DNA from: an uncultured Verrucomicrobiae bacterium
Lineage (GTDB): Bacteria > Verrucomicrobiota > Verrucomicrobiia > Limisphaerales > Palsa-1400
DNA: 64,000 nt
Assembly (NCBI GenBank): GCA_963707025.1
Contig: CAVPOM010000018.1
Coordinates: forward strand, 64,001 to 128,000
Direction of reading: 5' to 3'
The notes beneath the pieces were generated by a model. It was not told the DNA's origin and did no database searches. It saw nothing but the letters and a program-made list of their open reading frames with translations. Of the stretch, positions 1 to 9,671 are shown one piece after another. Position 1 is the stretch's first letter, and each line of letters begins with the position of its first letter. A program made the translations under genes and the position numbers.

Positions 1-684
1 CTGAACGCTTTGCCCAAGGTTTTCCAAACGCGTCAGCCATTGGCCGAAGTGAGGGCATTTCTCACGAAGAACAGGAAGGCCGATCTCTCCGGCGGCCCGA
101 GCGCCCACAAGCACTTTGGCGCGATGGTAGCCGGGCAGATGTTTTTCCAGCCGTGCGGATGGATGCGTGCTCGATCCATCGTCCACCTCTTCGGGTGGAG
201 TGGAACCAATTTCAGCCTTCAAGTTGGCGATGCCTCGGTCGCGACCGGGGAGGCGGCGGGCCACCGTGATCAGGTCGCAAAAGAGAAGAGCTTCAAACTC
301 ATGCAGGGTGAAGAACGGCAGGAGGCGGGGGGAGTTGAAATGCGTTTGGACGGTGGCGGCGACGGTGGCGGCGCGGTCTGCCGCTTGGGCAAGTTTGCGA
401 GCTTCGCCGACTCCTGGAAAATGCGGGTCAAGTTTGTACCAATCAATCATCGTAGAGAAACGGTCTGATATGCCGGCGAACTGCTTGAGCAGGCGGCCTA
501 CATTGTAACGGAAGCGATCCCACGACAACGCGCCGCCTGCTGCGCCCAGGCTTCGGTTCGTGGGCAGCATGAATGGGTTAACGGAGACGTGGTACTGGGC
601 GAGGTGAGGTTTCAGGGTGTCGCGGGCGAAGGCCAGTTCCGTTTCCCCCTCCACGATCAGGTGCAGTTTCACCCAGGCCGTCAC
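1..684 (-). CDS. DUF4276 family (TOPRIM-like) protein, runs off the left edge
   Basis: Not in the ORF track; translated by hand from GTG at 684, which overlaps the upstream TGA. Reads VKLHLIVEGETE...FSTMIDWY..FPG...LHEFEALLF...KCPHFGQWLTRLE, typical DUF4276 motifs. Confidence 0.85.
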   Translation of the reverse strand, partial: MTAWVKLHLIVEGETELAFARDTLKPHLAQYHVSVNPFMLPTNRSLGAAGGALSWDRFRYNVGRLLKQFAGISDRFSTMIDWYKLDPHFPGVGEARKLAQAADRAATVAATVQTHFNSPRLLPFFTLHEFEALLFCDLITVARRLPGRDRGIANLKAEIGSTPPEEVDDGSSTHPSARLEKHLPGYHRAKVLVGARAAGEIGLPVLREKCPHFGQWLTRLENLGQSVQ

Positions 685-1859
685 GGCCGCCCTCCGAAAA
701 GGTTGCTCTCCCACATTTGGCTTAGGGAATAATCTTGCAACCAGTCCGCCAGGCTTTCCCGATCGAGCCGTTTAAGATTCGTTGCGCCTTCTTCCAAGTC
801 GGCGACAATCACATCTGCCGGCTCCATTTGATCCACCAAACCGGCGGATTGGGTGGCCACAATGATCTGTGTAAAATTGGCAGCATCCTGAAGAAGGGAC
901 GCCAGAATCTTGATGGCGTATGGATGCAACCCCAGTTCCGGCTCATCAATGGCAATCAACGGCGGCAACCAGTCGTGAGGCTGGAGGAGCAGCGTCGCAA
1001 GCGCAATGAACCGGAGTGTGCCGTCCGAGATTTGGTGGGGTCCGAATTCGTATTCCGCTGAACCAGCCGCTCTCCATCGGAGCATCACATAAGTCCCGCC
1101 ATTATCAGGCTCCAAAACGAAGTCTTTGAAGAGAGGAAAAACTAAATGGACAGTCTCAACCACACGCTTATAGCACTCCGGTTGCTTTTCACGCAAAAGA
1201 TGGAGGTGAGCGGCCAAATTGCTGCCATCGTCGTAGAGATATGGCGGACCACTAAGATCACTGCGGCTGCGCATGCGAGACTGATCCGATGTGTCGTGAA
1301 AATGATAGAGTCGAACGCGACTGAGCGTGCTTCTCCAGAATTTGGCCTCCTCATTCTCCGCCAATTTGGGGGAGAGGAGGGCAGATTCGAGGTGGCCGAG
1401 ATCCAAGATTCCAACGCCCTGGGACGAGTATGGGGTGGTCACCATTGAAATGCACTTCAGTGGCTGGAAACTGCTCCGCTGTGAAAACTAGGGTTTTGGG
1501 GGGCGACTCGGTTTCTGGAATTCGACTCCTTTAAAGCCAAAGTGTCGGGTGCAGCATCCACAAGTGCCATCCGGTAGTTGTAACTTAACACCCGAATCAG
1601 AGGTCATATCCAGTTCCGCGGCAAGGAATTCAGTCACCTTGGCTCCTAGATACAGCAAAGAATCTCTGCCGCCAATGCGGCCAATAAACTCTTGAAGCGC
1701 TCCGATCATCTCGAAATGCAACAGTTTGAACAGCGAAAGGAAATTGGACTTCCCAGACCCGTTGGCCCCGATGAGGACATTCAGGTTTTCCAGCCTCAGT
1801 TCTCGGCATTGCCTGATGGATTTGTAGCCCTCTAGCGAGACTTTGGTCAGCTTTAACAT
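681..1859 (-). pseudogene. AAA/ABC-type ATPase (COG4637-like), interrupted at about 1445-1590
   Basis: N-half 1488-1859 has Walker A GANGSGKSN. C-half 681-1445 has SDGTLRF and Walker B IAIDEPELGLHP. The segment between is garbled, with an in-frame TAG at 1488-1490; may be an assembly error. Confidence 0.8.
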
Positions 1860-1979
1860 GGTTGCATTCTGTCAGAAGCATCCCCGCGCCGCAAGACGGG
1901 TTTGGAGGCACAAATCACCCCACCGCGTCCAGCCGGAACCAGGGCGAAACCGATCAAAAATCGGCCCGTTTATTGACAG

Positions 1980-2004
1980 CGGCGGTCATAGACCCGCCGC
2001 TACA
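1980..2004 (-). repeat. GTAG-type REP-like palindrome, family A
   Basis: CGGCGGTCATAGACCCGCCGCTACA is a near reverse complement of the TGTAGCGGCGGTCTG.GACCGCCG copies at 15873 and 20033. Confidence 0.75.
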
Positions 2005-2036
2005 GGCGCGCGCAAACCTGCTCCCCAACCGGCCCG

Positions 2037-2378
2037 TTACGTCTTGAACCGGATGTGGGCGGGCGCGGCGGGCGTCTCGTGGGCGCAGGCCTGGTTGGTG
2101 GGCGCTTCGGGCACGCGCTCGTTGGGGCTGATCAGCGCGCTGGCCAGCAGATAAGCCTCCACTTCCTCCCCGCTCACGTCCGGCAGCATCTTGCCGTTGA
2201 CTTCCACGCAGGGGCTTAACATTTGGCCGGTCTTCTCAATCATTTCCTGGCGTTGCGCCGGGTCGTTGATGATGTCGCGGTCCTCGAAAGGCAGGTCGTA
2301 TTTGCGCAGCACGGCGCGCACGCCCTGGCTCCAGCCGCAACTGGGTTTCAAATAAGCGATGATCTTGGGCTTTTCCAT
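2037..2378 (-). CDS. Glutaredoxin-like protein
   Basis: CGWS monothiol motif and TGQMLSPCVEVNG; 113 aa. Confidence 0.85.
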   Translation of the reverse strand: MEKPKIIAYLKPSCGWSQGVRAVLRKYDLPFEDRDIINDPAQRQEMIEKTGQMLSPCVEVNGKMLPDVSGEEVEAYLLASALISPNERVPEAPTNQACAHETPAAPAHIRFKT

Positions 2379-2457
2379 ATTCCAATCAATTCAGATTTAC
2401 CAACACGTCCATTCTGCCACAGATCACGCGATTGGCAACCTCCTATCTTCAGGGGGG

Positions 2458-2559
2458 TTCTTAATCCTAATCCTAATCCTAATCCTAATCCTAATCTTAA
2501 TCTCAATCCTCAGGATCCCAGAAGGAGATTACGATTAAGATTAAGATTATGATTAAGAA
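2458..2559. repeat. Hexamer tandem-repeat inverted-repeat element
   Basis: Left arm (TAATCC/TAATCT)n and right arm (GATTAA/GATTAC/GATTAT)n; ends TTCTTAATC / GATTAAGAA. Confidence 0.85.
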
Positions 2560-2598
2560 TCAGAAACAACTGCCGGAGCAAAGGCCCTCCGCCGTCCT

Positions 2599-3661
2599 CT
2601 ATCCTTGGCTTCCGCCGGCCAGCGCCCCGGCGGCCCAGCGCAGCAATCGCTCCGTGGCCTCCCAGCCCAGGCAGGCGTCGGTGATGGAGACGCCGTAGCG
2701 CAGGGCGGCCGGGTTTGGCACGGGGAAGGGCTGGTTGCCTTCGTGCAAAAAGCTTTCCAGCATCAGGCCGATGAGCGAACGGGTGCCTGCCAGGCGCTGC
2801 TGGAGGACGCTGCGCCAGGCTTCTTCTTGACGCGCATGGAGTTTGCCGGAGTTGGCATGGCTGCAATCCACCATCAGCACGCGCGGCAGCCCGGCCTGGA
2901 CCAGTTTGGCTTCGGTGTCGCGGATGCTTTCGGCGTCGTAATTGCTGCGCACCCGGCCGCCGCGCAGGACAATGTGGCCCGCCGGATTGCCCGTCGTGCG
3001 CACGATGCTGGTCACCCCGTCCTGATCAATGCCGATGAAACTGTGCGGCCGCATGGCCGCGCCCATGGCGTCAATGGCGGTCTGGCAACTGCCGTCCGTG
3101 CCGTTTTTGAAGCCGACCGGCATGGAAAGTCCGCTGGCCATTTCGCGGTGGGTCTGGGATTCGGTGGTGCGGGCGCCGATGGCGGCCCAGGTGACCAGGT
3201 CGTCAATGTACTGCGGCACAATCGGGTCCAGAAACTCGGTGGCGGCGGGCAGGCCCATGACGGCGAGCTGGAGGAGAAGGCGGCGGGCCAGTTTGAGGCC
3301 GCCCTCGATGTCGTGGCTGTTGTCCAGATGCGGATCGTTGATCAGCCCCTTCCAGCCGATGGTGGTGCGCGGTTTCTCGAAATAAACGCGCATGATGATT
3401 TCCAGCCGCCCCCGCAGTTCCTGGCGCAGGGCGTGGAGCTTGCCGGCGTATTCCAGCGCGGCGGGAACATGGTGAATGGAGCAAGGCCCCGCCACCACGA
3501 GCAGACGCGGATCTTCCAGGCCGAGGATGCGGCGGATGGTTTCCCGGCCCTGCGTGACGGTCAGGCCTGGCCGCATCGCTCATGGGCAGTTCCGCCTTCA
3601 AGGCGCGCGGGGGCAGCAGGCGGACGATTTCCGCGACATGTAGATCCTGGGTGGCGATCAT
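2599..3661 (-). CDS. Class I-alpha DAHP synthase (AroF/G/H type), +1 frameshift near 3567
   Basis: [37 protein letters not shown] and SITDAC. The N-terminus [21 protein letters not shown] is in another frame. Confidence 0.92.
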
Positions 3662-3728
3662 GGGCGGAAAGGAAGGCGGGCCGGGGTTTGCATTTTCAGG
3701 ACGGCGCTTCAATTATAATTGACACAGC

Positions 3729-5810
3729 CTACCAGATGACCGCGCGCAGGGCGGGGGCGCGCCAGACGGGCGCGCCCTCCTTGATGCCGAAGGCGTCGTA
3801 AAACGGCTGGAAATTCTCCTCCGGACCGATGGCGCGGAACTGGCCCGGGGAATGAACATCGGTGACGAGCCGCTGGCGCAAAGCAGCCTGACGCCAGTTG
3901 GTGCGCCAGATTTGCGCGAAGGATATGAAAAAGCGCTGCTCCGGGGTGAAGCCGTCCACGCTTTTGCGCCGGGAGGGGTCTTTGGCCAGGGCCCGTTCCA
4001 GGGCGTCGTATGCGATGGTAATGCCGCCCAGGTCGGCCAGATTCTCGCCCAGGGTCAGGCGTCCGTTGACATGGACGCCGGGCAGGGCCTCGAAGCCGTT
4101 GTATTCGTCCACCACCAATTGGGCGCGGGCTTCGAAGGCCGCGGCGTCGGCGGGCGTCCACCAATCGTTGAGGTTGCCGTTGGCGTCATATTTGCGGCCC
4201 TGGTCGTCGTAGCCGTGGGTCATTTCATGGCCGATGACCACACCGATGGCGCCGTAATTGACGCCGTCGTCCATGGCGGGGTCAAAAAACGGCGGCTGGA
4301 GAATTCCGGCGGGGAAAACAATTTCGTTCTGTTCGGGATTGAAGTAGGCGTTGACGGTTTGCGGGGTCATGTGCCATTCGGCTTTGTCCACCCGTTTGCC
4401 GACGCGGGCCCGCTGGCGTTTGGACTCGAAGCTGACGGAGCGGCGGACGTTGCCGATCAAGTCATCGGGGAGCAGCTTGACGGAGGAATAATCGCGGAAC
4501 TTGGCGGGACAGCCGATTTTCTGGGTGAAGCGGTCGAATTTCTCCTGCGCCTTGGCGCGGGTGGCGGGGGACATCCAGGGGACTTTTTGCAAATGGTCGC
4601 GGAAAACAGCCTTGAGGTTCTCCACCAGCTCATTCATGCGGGCGCGGGCTTCGGGTGGAAAATTCTTCTCGACATAAAGCCGGCCCAGGGCCTCGCCGAT
4701 GTGGGAATCAATGGTGCGGGCGGAGCGTTGCCAGCGGGGTTCCTGCTGGAGCTGGCCGCTGAGGACGGTGCCGTAAAAGGCGAACGATGCGGTTTCGGCG
4801 GCGGCGTTCAGATAGGGGGCGGAGGCGTGCAGGACGTGCCAGCGCAGGTAGGTTTTCCAATCGTCCAGCGGGCGCTGGTTGACCAGGGTGTCGAGGGCGG
4901 CGAAAAAGTCGGGCTGGCGGATAATGACCTCGCGCAACGAAGGCATGCCGGAAGCGTCCAGGAATTCGCGCAAGGCCAGGTGGGGATAATTTTGCACGGC
5001 ATCGGCGACGGTGAATTTGTGGTAATTGGCGATGGGATCGCGCAGATCGGCGCGGGCTTTGCAGGCTTTGGCCAGGGCCGTTTCCAGGTCAAGAATGGTC
5101 GCGGCGTGGGTCTTGGCGTCGGATTCCGTTTCGCCGGCCAGGACAAGCATTTTGGTGATGTGAGCCTGATAGGCTTCGCGTTTGCCGGCAAAATCGGCGG
5201 ACAAATAGTAATCGCGGTCGGGCAGGCCCAGGCCGCCCTGGCTGAATTGCAAGGCGTAGAAGCCGCTGTTTTTCGCGTCGGGGGAAACGGCGGCGCCGAA
5301 GAGAGCCGGAATGCCGCTGTCCTGGAAGTAAGCGACGAGGCGGAGAATTTCAGCGGAGGACTTGAGCGCGGCGATGCGCGCGAAATCATCCCGCAGCGGG
5401 GTCAACCCCAGTTCCTCCAGGCGGTTGGTGTTCATGGCCGAGGCGTAGAAGGCGGCCACCTCGCCGATGGGCGAGCGCGGCGGCGGCGGCTTGGCGTCGC
5501 AGTCCGCGAGGGTGGAGAGGAGAATGTCGTGGATCAGGGCCAGGTTGCGTTCGTTCAGCTCCTCGAAGGCGCCCCAGCGCGATTTGTCGGCGGGCACGGG
5601 ATTGTTGGTCAGCCAGCCGCCGCAGGCGAAGCGGAAAAAGTCCGCGCCGGGATCAACGGAGGCATCCATGTAGTTGACGGAAAAGCGCGGGACAGGCGGC
5701 GGCGTGGCGGGCTGGGCCTCGGGCGGGCAAGCCACCGGTTGGTGGGCGCATCCTTGAGCAAAGGCGAGGCCCGCAGCGGCCAGAAAAAGAGGCAAGTTGA
5801 GTTTGTTCAT
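3729..5810 (-). CDS. M13 family (neprilysin/PepO-like) metallopeptidase, probable lipoprotein
   Basis: VNAYF, HEMTH, GENLAD and HSP motifs; signal peptide ending AQGC. Confidence 0.93.
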   Translation of the reverse strand: MNKLNLPLFLAAAGLAFAQGCAHQPVACPPEAQPATPPPVPRFSVNYMDASVDPGADFFRFACGGWLTNNPVPADKSRWGAFEELNERNLALIHDILLSTLADCDAKPPPPRSPIGEVAAFYASAMNTNRLEELGLTPLRDDFARIAALKSSAEILRLVAYFQDSGIPALFGAAVSPDAKNSGFYALQFSQGGLGLPDRDYYLSADFAGKREAYQAHITKMLVLAGETESDAKTHAATILDLETALAKACKARADLRDPIANYHKFTVADAVQNYPHLALREFLDASGMPSLREVIIRQPDFFAALDTLVNQRPLDDWKTYLRWHVLHASAPYLNAAAETASFAFYGTVLSGQLQQEPRWQRSARTIDSHIGEALGRLYVEKNFPPEARARMNELVENLKAVFRDHLQKVPWMSPATRAKAQEKFDRFTQKIGCPAKFRDYSSVKLLPDDLIGNVRRSVSFESKRQRARVGKRVDKAEWHMTPQTVNAYFNPEQNEIVFPAGILQPPFFDPAMDDGVNYGAIGVVIGHEMTHGYDDQGRKYDANGNLNDWWTPADAAAFEARAQLVVDEYNGFEALPGVHVNGRLTLGENLADLGGITIAYDALERALAKDPSRRKSVDGFTPEQRFFISFAQIWRTNWRQAALRQRLVTDVHSPGQFRAIGPEENFQPFYDAFGIKEGAPVWRAPALRAVIW

Positions 5811-5916
5811 GCAATTAGGTCACGTTCCATGACGAATGGGAATTGTGGCGTGGTTCCAAGGCAAAAGCAAAATGAAAACCGGGCGGTGTTGGGCCGCGAA
5901 ATACGGATACCTCAGC

Positions 5917-5956
5917 GGAGTGGCGGAGTGATGGAGTGGTGCAGTGATGGAGTGGT
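5917..5956 (+). repeat. 8-bp tandem repeat GGAGTG(A/G)T, 5 units
   Basis: ggagtggc ggagtgat ggagtggt gcagtgat ggagtggt; an inverted copy lies at 12655-12677. Confidence 0.75.
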
Positions 5957-6161
5957 GTGAGGCGGGGGTGAACAGAAGCAATTGAAACGAAGGGGGATGG
6001 AAACTGCAAGATAGCGAAGGCGGCGCGGAGGAACCCCTTCCTGGTTCCGTCGCCGTCCGATGCCACTGTTTGCCTTTCCCCATCTCACTATGCTAGTTTT
6101 AGCATGTAAAGTATGGCTGTCAACGGAAAAACGCGGGAAAATGCGATGCGCCGGTCATGGG

Positions 6162-6235
6162 GGTGGGGCGAGACTCCGTCGAGCCGAAACTCGATTTCCT
6201 GGGAAGAAGTCACGGCTCGACGGAGTTGCCCTGCC
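6162..6235. repeat. REP-like palindromic element, family B, copy 1
   Basis: GGTGGGGCGAGACTCCGTCGAGCC...GGCTCGACGGAGTTGCCCTGCC; nearly identical to 51765-51841, including the spacer. Confidence 0.85.
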
Positions 6236-6274
6236 TTCACTGTGGTGTTACGCGAGAACAACGATTTCGTTTTT

Positions 6275-6326
6275 ATTTTTCTGACCCCATCTTTCTGACT
6301 GTCAAAAAAAATGGGGTCAGAAAAAT
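6275..6326. repeat. Inverted repeat ATTTTTCTGACCCCAT...ATGGGGTCAGAAAAAT
   Basis: Perfect 16-bp outer arms with further imperfect inner pairing. Confidence 0.75.
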
Positions 6327-6368
6327 GGCTCGAAATTGACCATGATATTTTTTAGGAGTCCACAAACC

Positions 6369-6473
6369 TCATCCTGGCCAATGTTGACAGGGTGAAGGGA
6401 ACCCATCCGCTGCAAGGCCCAACAGCAGATCAGTATCGAGCCCCAGTTGTTTTCCAGGCCTGCGTGCCTCCAT
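6369..6473 (-). pseudogene. Possible truncated PIN-domain toxin remnant
   Basis: MEARRPGKQLGLDTDLLLGLA resembles the PIN beta1 LDTNxL motif, overlaps the upstream small gene and stops after 34 aa. Confidence 0.4.
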
Positions 6474-6618
6474 AAATAATGGACATCGCCTTTTTCAGGG
6501 ACTCCTCCCGTTGCGCGGAGGTCATCTTATTGGCCCGTTGTCGAATTCGAGCCGCCAGGCGGCTGCCTTCGGTTTCGTCCGGATAATCCAGTTTTTTCTT
6601 TTTGATCGGCGGCGGCAT
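6430..6618 (-). CDS. Small hypothetical protein, possible antitoxin
   Basis: 62-aa basic helical ORF (MPPPIKKKKLDYPDETEGSRLAA...) overlapping the PIN-like remnant. Confidence 0.55.
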   Translation of the reverse strand: MPPPIKKKKLDYPDETEGSRLAARIRQRANKMTSAQREESLKKAMSIIYGGTQAWKTTGARY

Positions 6619-6820
6619 TTTGTTTTGAGGCTGCAATAATGTCCAACAAAGCGGCGCTTTGTCAATCTTCGCGCCTGCCCATCCCCGTCAGGCGCCTTTT
6701 CCGGCAGCGCGCCTGCGTCCACAGGAACCGGAAGCCTCATCCCCGATCCTGCGCCCGGCGGTTCTGCCAAGTGATTCGTTTTCGCTTTGCACCCGGACAT
6801 TTTTTCCACATAGTTGCCGC

Positions 6821-7837
6821 ATGAAATCATCCCGCTGCCAACCGGCGCTTCTTCTCCTCGGTTTGTTTTGCCTGCTCCATTATTCACGGGGCGCCGAAGC
6901 CCAAAATCCTTTTGTTGGCGGCTGGGCTTTGACACTGCCGGGCGGCTACCCCGGCTGGCTCGGCGTCGAATCGGATGGGAATCAAATCAACGCTGAAATG
7001 CTTTGGCGCTCGGGCAGCGTCTTCAAATTGGATGGAGCGCGTCTCGACGGGGAAAGGCTGGTGCTCACACGGCTGCACCAGGTGGACAGCAAAAAGCCGG
7101 ACGGCACGACTGCCAAAATCAAGCTGGCTGAAACCATCACCGTGACGCGGGACGGCGCATCGCTCCAACTCGTCAGCGTCACGCCCAAGGCCGATGGCAA
7201 CGGCCAGGACCGCTCCGAATTCACCGGCAAACGTCTCCCGCCCATGCCGCCCGCGCCCGACTTGAGCAAAGTAAAATTCGGCGAAAGCGTGCCGTTGTTC
7301 AACGGCCACAACCTCGACGGCTGGCGGCTGGTCGAAACCGGCGCGGTCAACGGCTGGAGCGTTCACGATGGACTTCTCTGCAACAACGCGACCCAGCAAG
7401 AAGGCCAGCCGCACAAGAATTACGGAAACCTCCGCACCGTCGCGGAATTTGAGGATTTTATGCTGCACGCTGAAACGCGCGTGCCGAAGAACGGCAACAG
7501 CGGCATCTATTTGCGGGGCCTCTATGAGGTGCAGGTGTTTGACAGTTTCGGCAAGCCGCTGGACTCGCACAACATGGGGGCCATTTACAGCCGCATCAGG
7601 CCGGCGGTCAACGCCGAGAAGCCTGCCGGCGAATGGCAGACGCTGGACATTACCTACGTAAATCGCCACGTCACCGTGGCGCTCAACGGCGCCAGGATCA
7701 TAGACAACCAGCCCATTGCCGGCCCAACCGGTGGCGCCCTCTGGCCGGAAGTGGACCGGCCCGGCCCGATTTATCTGCAAGGCGACCACACTGGCATCGA
7801 ATATCGAAACCTCGTGTTGCGGCCGGTGGTGAATTGA
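6821..7837 (+). CDS. Secreted DUF1080 (3-keto-disaccharide hydrolase-like) protein
   Basis: Signal peptide; LFNGHNLDGW, NSGIYLR, YEVQ, GAIY, GEWQ and IYLQGDH. Confidence 0.9.
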   Translation: MKSSRCQPALLLLGLFCLLHYSRGAEAQNPFVGGWALTLPGGYPGWLGVESDGNQINAEMLWRSGSVFKLDGARLDGERLVLTRLHQVDSKKPDGTTAKIKLAETITVTRDGASLQLVSVTPKADGNGQDRSEFTGKRLPPMPPAPDLSKVKFGESVPLFNGHNLDGWRLVETGAVNGWSVHDGLLCNNATQQEGQPHKNYGNLRTVAEFEDFMLHAETRVPKNGNSGIYLRGLYEVQVFDSFGKPLDSHNMGAIYSRIRPAVNAEKPAGEWQTLDITYVNRHVTVALNGARIIDNQPIAGPTGGALWPEVDRPGPIYLQGDHTGIEYRNLVLRPVVN

Positions 7838-7848
7838 CACCCCGGCCG

Positions 7849-9381
7849 CTATTTTTGAAGGCGGAAAAGACTGTTGCTGGCCGGAGCGATGATGGTTGAG
7901 GCCAGGCCGGTGCCATTGGTGACCGTTGTCAGTGGCGCGGTGAGCCAGGTGATTGGCCCGCTCAGACCGGAAGCTTCGAGTTGATAATCCTGCGCGAATA
8001 ACGGCCAGGAAAGCACCGCGTTTCGGCCGGAGGGGGCAATGTTGAGGAGGGGTTGCGGCGCGGCATCATAGGGACCAACCGGGCTGCCCGTGGTCGTGCT
8101 CTCCAACGCGCCAACGTCCAGGGCCGACGGGCGCGGGCGCCACATTCGATTGGTCGTTTCGTTCAAATAGTATTCCTTGCCAGGCAGGCCATAGACCGAC
8201 GTGTTGGCGGCGCCGAGGCACGCGCTGCCGGCGCCCGGATGAAAGTCTTCCTGGGCGGGATTGCCAAAGCCGGGGGAGGCGGACTTCACCGGATTGGTCA
8301 GGGGTGAGGCGGCGGCATTGGACGGTTGCCAATTACTCACGCCCGTGACACTGGCGGCGGCGGCATCTTCGATCAGGGTCGCGACGGTGGTGCCGGAAAG
8401 GATATTGTCGGAAATCTCCGCGCTCATCGCCGTGCCGTCGGCGTTCGAGACGTGGACGAAGGCGGATGATCCACCGTTGCCGGCGAAGGTGTTGTAGAGG
8501 GAGACCAACGACAGGGTCAGGCCGCTCAGACCGGTGTCATTGTAAAGGGCGATGACCTGGGAATGATTTCCGGGAACGGCATTCTGCACGATGACATTGC
8601 CGCGCAAGGTCAACGTTTGTTGGAAAGGACCCGCCCCGCTGAAATCGTCGTCGCTCATCAAATCGCCCTCGTAATTTGCGGCGCGGGCGAACCAATTATA
8701 TTCCAGCGTGGCCGCGCGGCAACGCAGATGGAAATTCTGGCCTTGCACACTGTCATGCACGAAACAATAGCGCATGGCGAAATAGCCGCCGTAAATGTAG
8801 AGGTTGTGGGTCGGCGCCGAGGAGGAGGCGTTGGTATTGCCATTGGCGTTGAATTCGCAGTACTCGACCGTCGCCTGGCTGTCCTGGGTGCCGCCAGTCA
8901 TCCCGTTGTCGTTCAAGGTGAAGACGCAATCCTTGATGTAGAGATTGCTCGTCGCCTCATAATAGCGGATGGCGCCGCAGTTCGCCGCCGCGTTGCGGCA
9001 ATGGCGGAACACGATCCCCGAGATGTTGTAATTCCGCGCCCCGCTGAACTGCCAGGCGCCCCGCGCCCGGTCCCCGGCCGTGTAGTCGCCCGGCGCGTCA
9101 TCCACCAGGGTCGTCCCAAAATCCCATACCGGCGGGTTGGCCGGGTCCTGCGCTTGAATCACGATCGGTTTGGCGGCGGTCGCCTGCTTCGTCAAATAGA
9201 CGCGAAACGCATAGGTCCCGGGCGCAATGAGGACCTGGTCGCCGGGCTGGGCGCCTTCGATCTTCGAATAATTGTCACCCGGCCCGACCATGATGACCGA
9301 CGCCTGGACCGCGCTCCAGCCTCCGACCAGCGCGACGCAGCAGAGCCGCCTCGAAAAACTTCCTGTCCACGATTGAATCAC
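7849..9381 (-). CDS. Secreted right-handed beta-helix (pectin lyase-like) protein with a C-terminal beta-rich tail
   Basis: Signal peptide, AQPGDQVLIAPGTY, Asn-rich repeats, HNLY, DVGALE and a tail LNI..LSWP..YQLE..W..FRL. Confidence 0.75.
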   Translation of the reverse strand: MIQSWTGSFSRRLCCVALVGGWSAVQASVIMVGPGDNYSKIEGAQPGDQVLIAPGTYAFRVYLTKQATAAKPIVIQAQDPANPPVWDFGTTLVDDAPGDYTAGDRARGAWQFSGARNYNISGIVFRHCRNAAANCGAIRYYEATSNLYIKDCVFTLNDNGMTGGTQDSQATVEYCEFNANGNTNASSSAPTHNLYIYGGYFAMRYCFVHDSVQGQNFHLRCRAATLEYNWFARAANYEGDLMSDDDFSGAGPFQQTLTLRGNVIVQNAVPGNHSQVIALYNDTGLSGLTLSLVSLYNTFAGNGGSSAFVHVSNADGTAMSAEISDNILSGTTVATLIEDAAAASVTGVSNWQPSNAAASPLTNPVKSASPGFGNPAQEDFHPGAGSACLGAANTSVYGLPGKEYYLNETTNRMWRPRPSALDVGALESTTTGSPVGPYDAAPQPLLNIAPSGRNAVLSWPLFAQDYQLEASGLSGPITWLTAPLTTVTNGTGLASTIIAPASNSLFRLQK

Positions 9382-9671
9382 GCCGGAAGTTTAATCGCCT
9401 CGCGCCCCGCCGTCAGGGATTATTTGGCCGCCGCGTTCGCCTCCGGGCGGCCGCGGAGGGGCGGATGCGCTTTTCCCAGGGCGGCGCTCGCCTGGCAAAC
9501 CGGAGAAACTAGCCGCTTGAAATCACGGCTCGCCTTTGGCAGCATCGGATTATGATGAGTGGGAACAAAGGTTATTCTTCCTCCCCGCGCAGCGCGCAGC
9601 ACCTGCGGAGCCGCAACAGCACTTGCTTGGAAGATCAAAAACCGAATTCCCATCCCTTCGCTTAAACCGAT

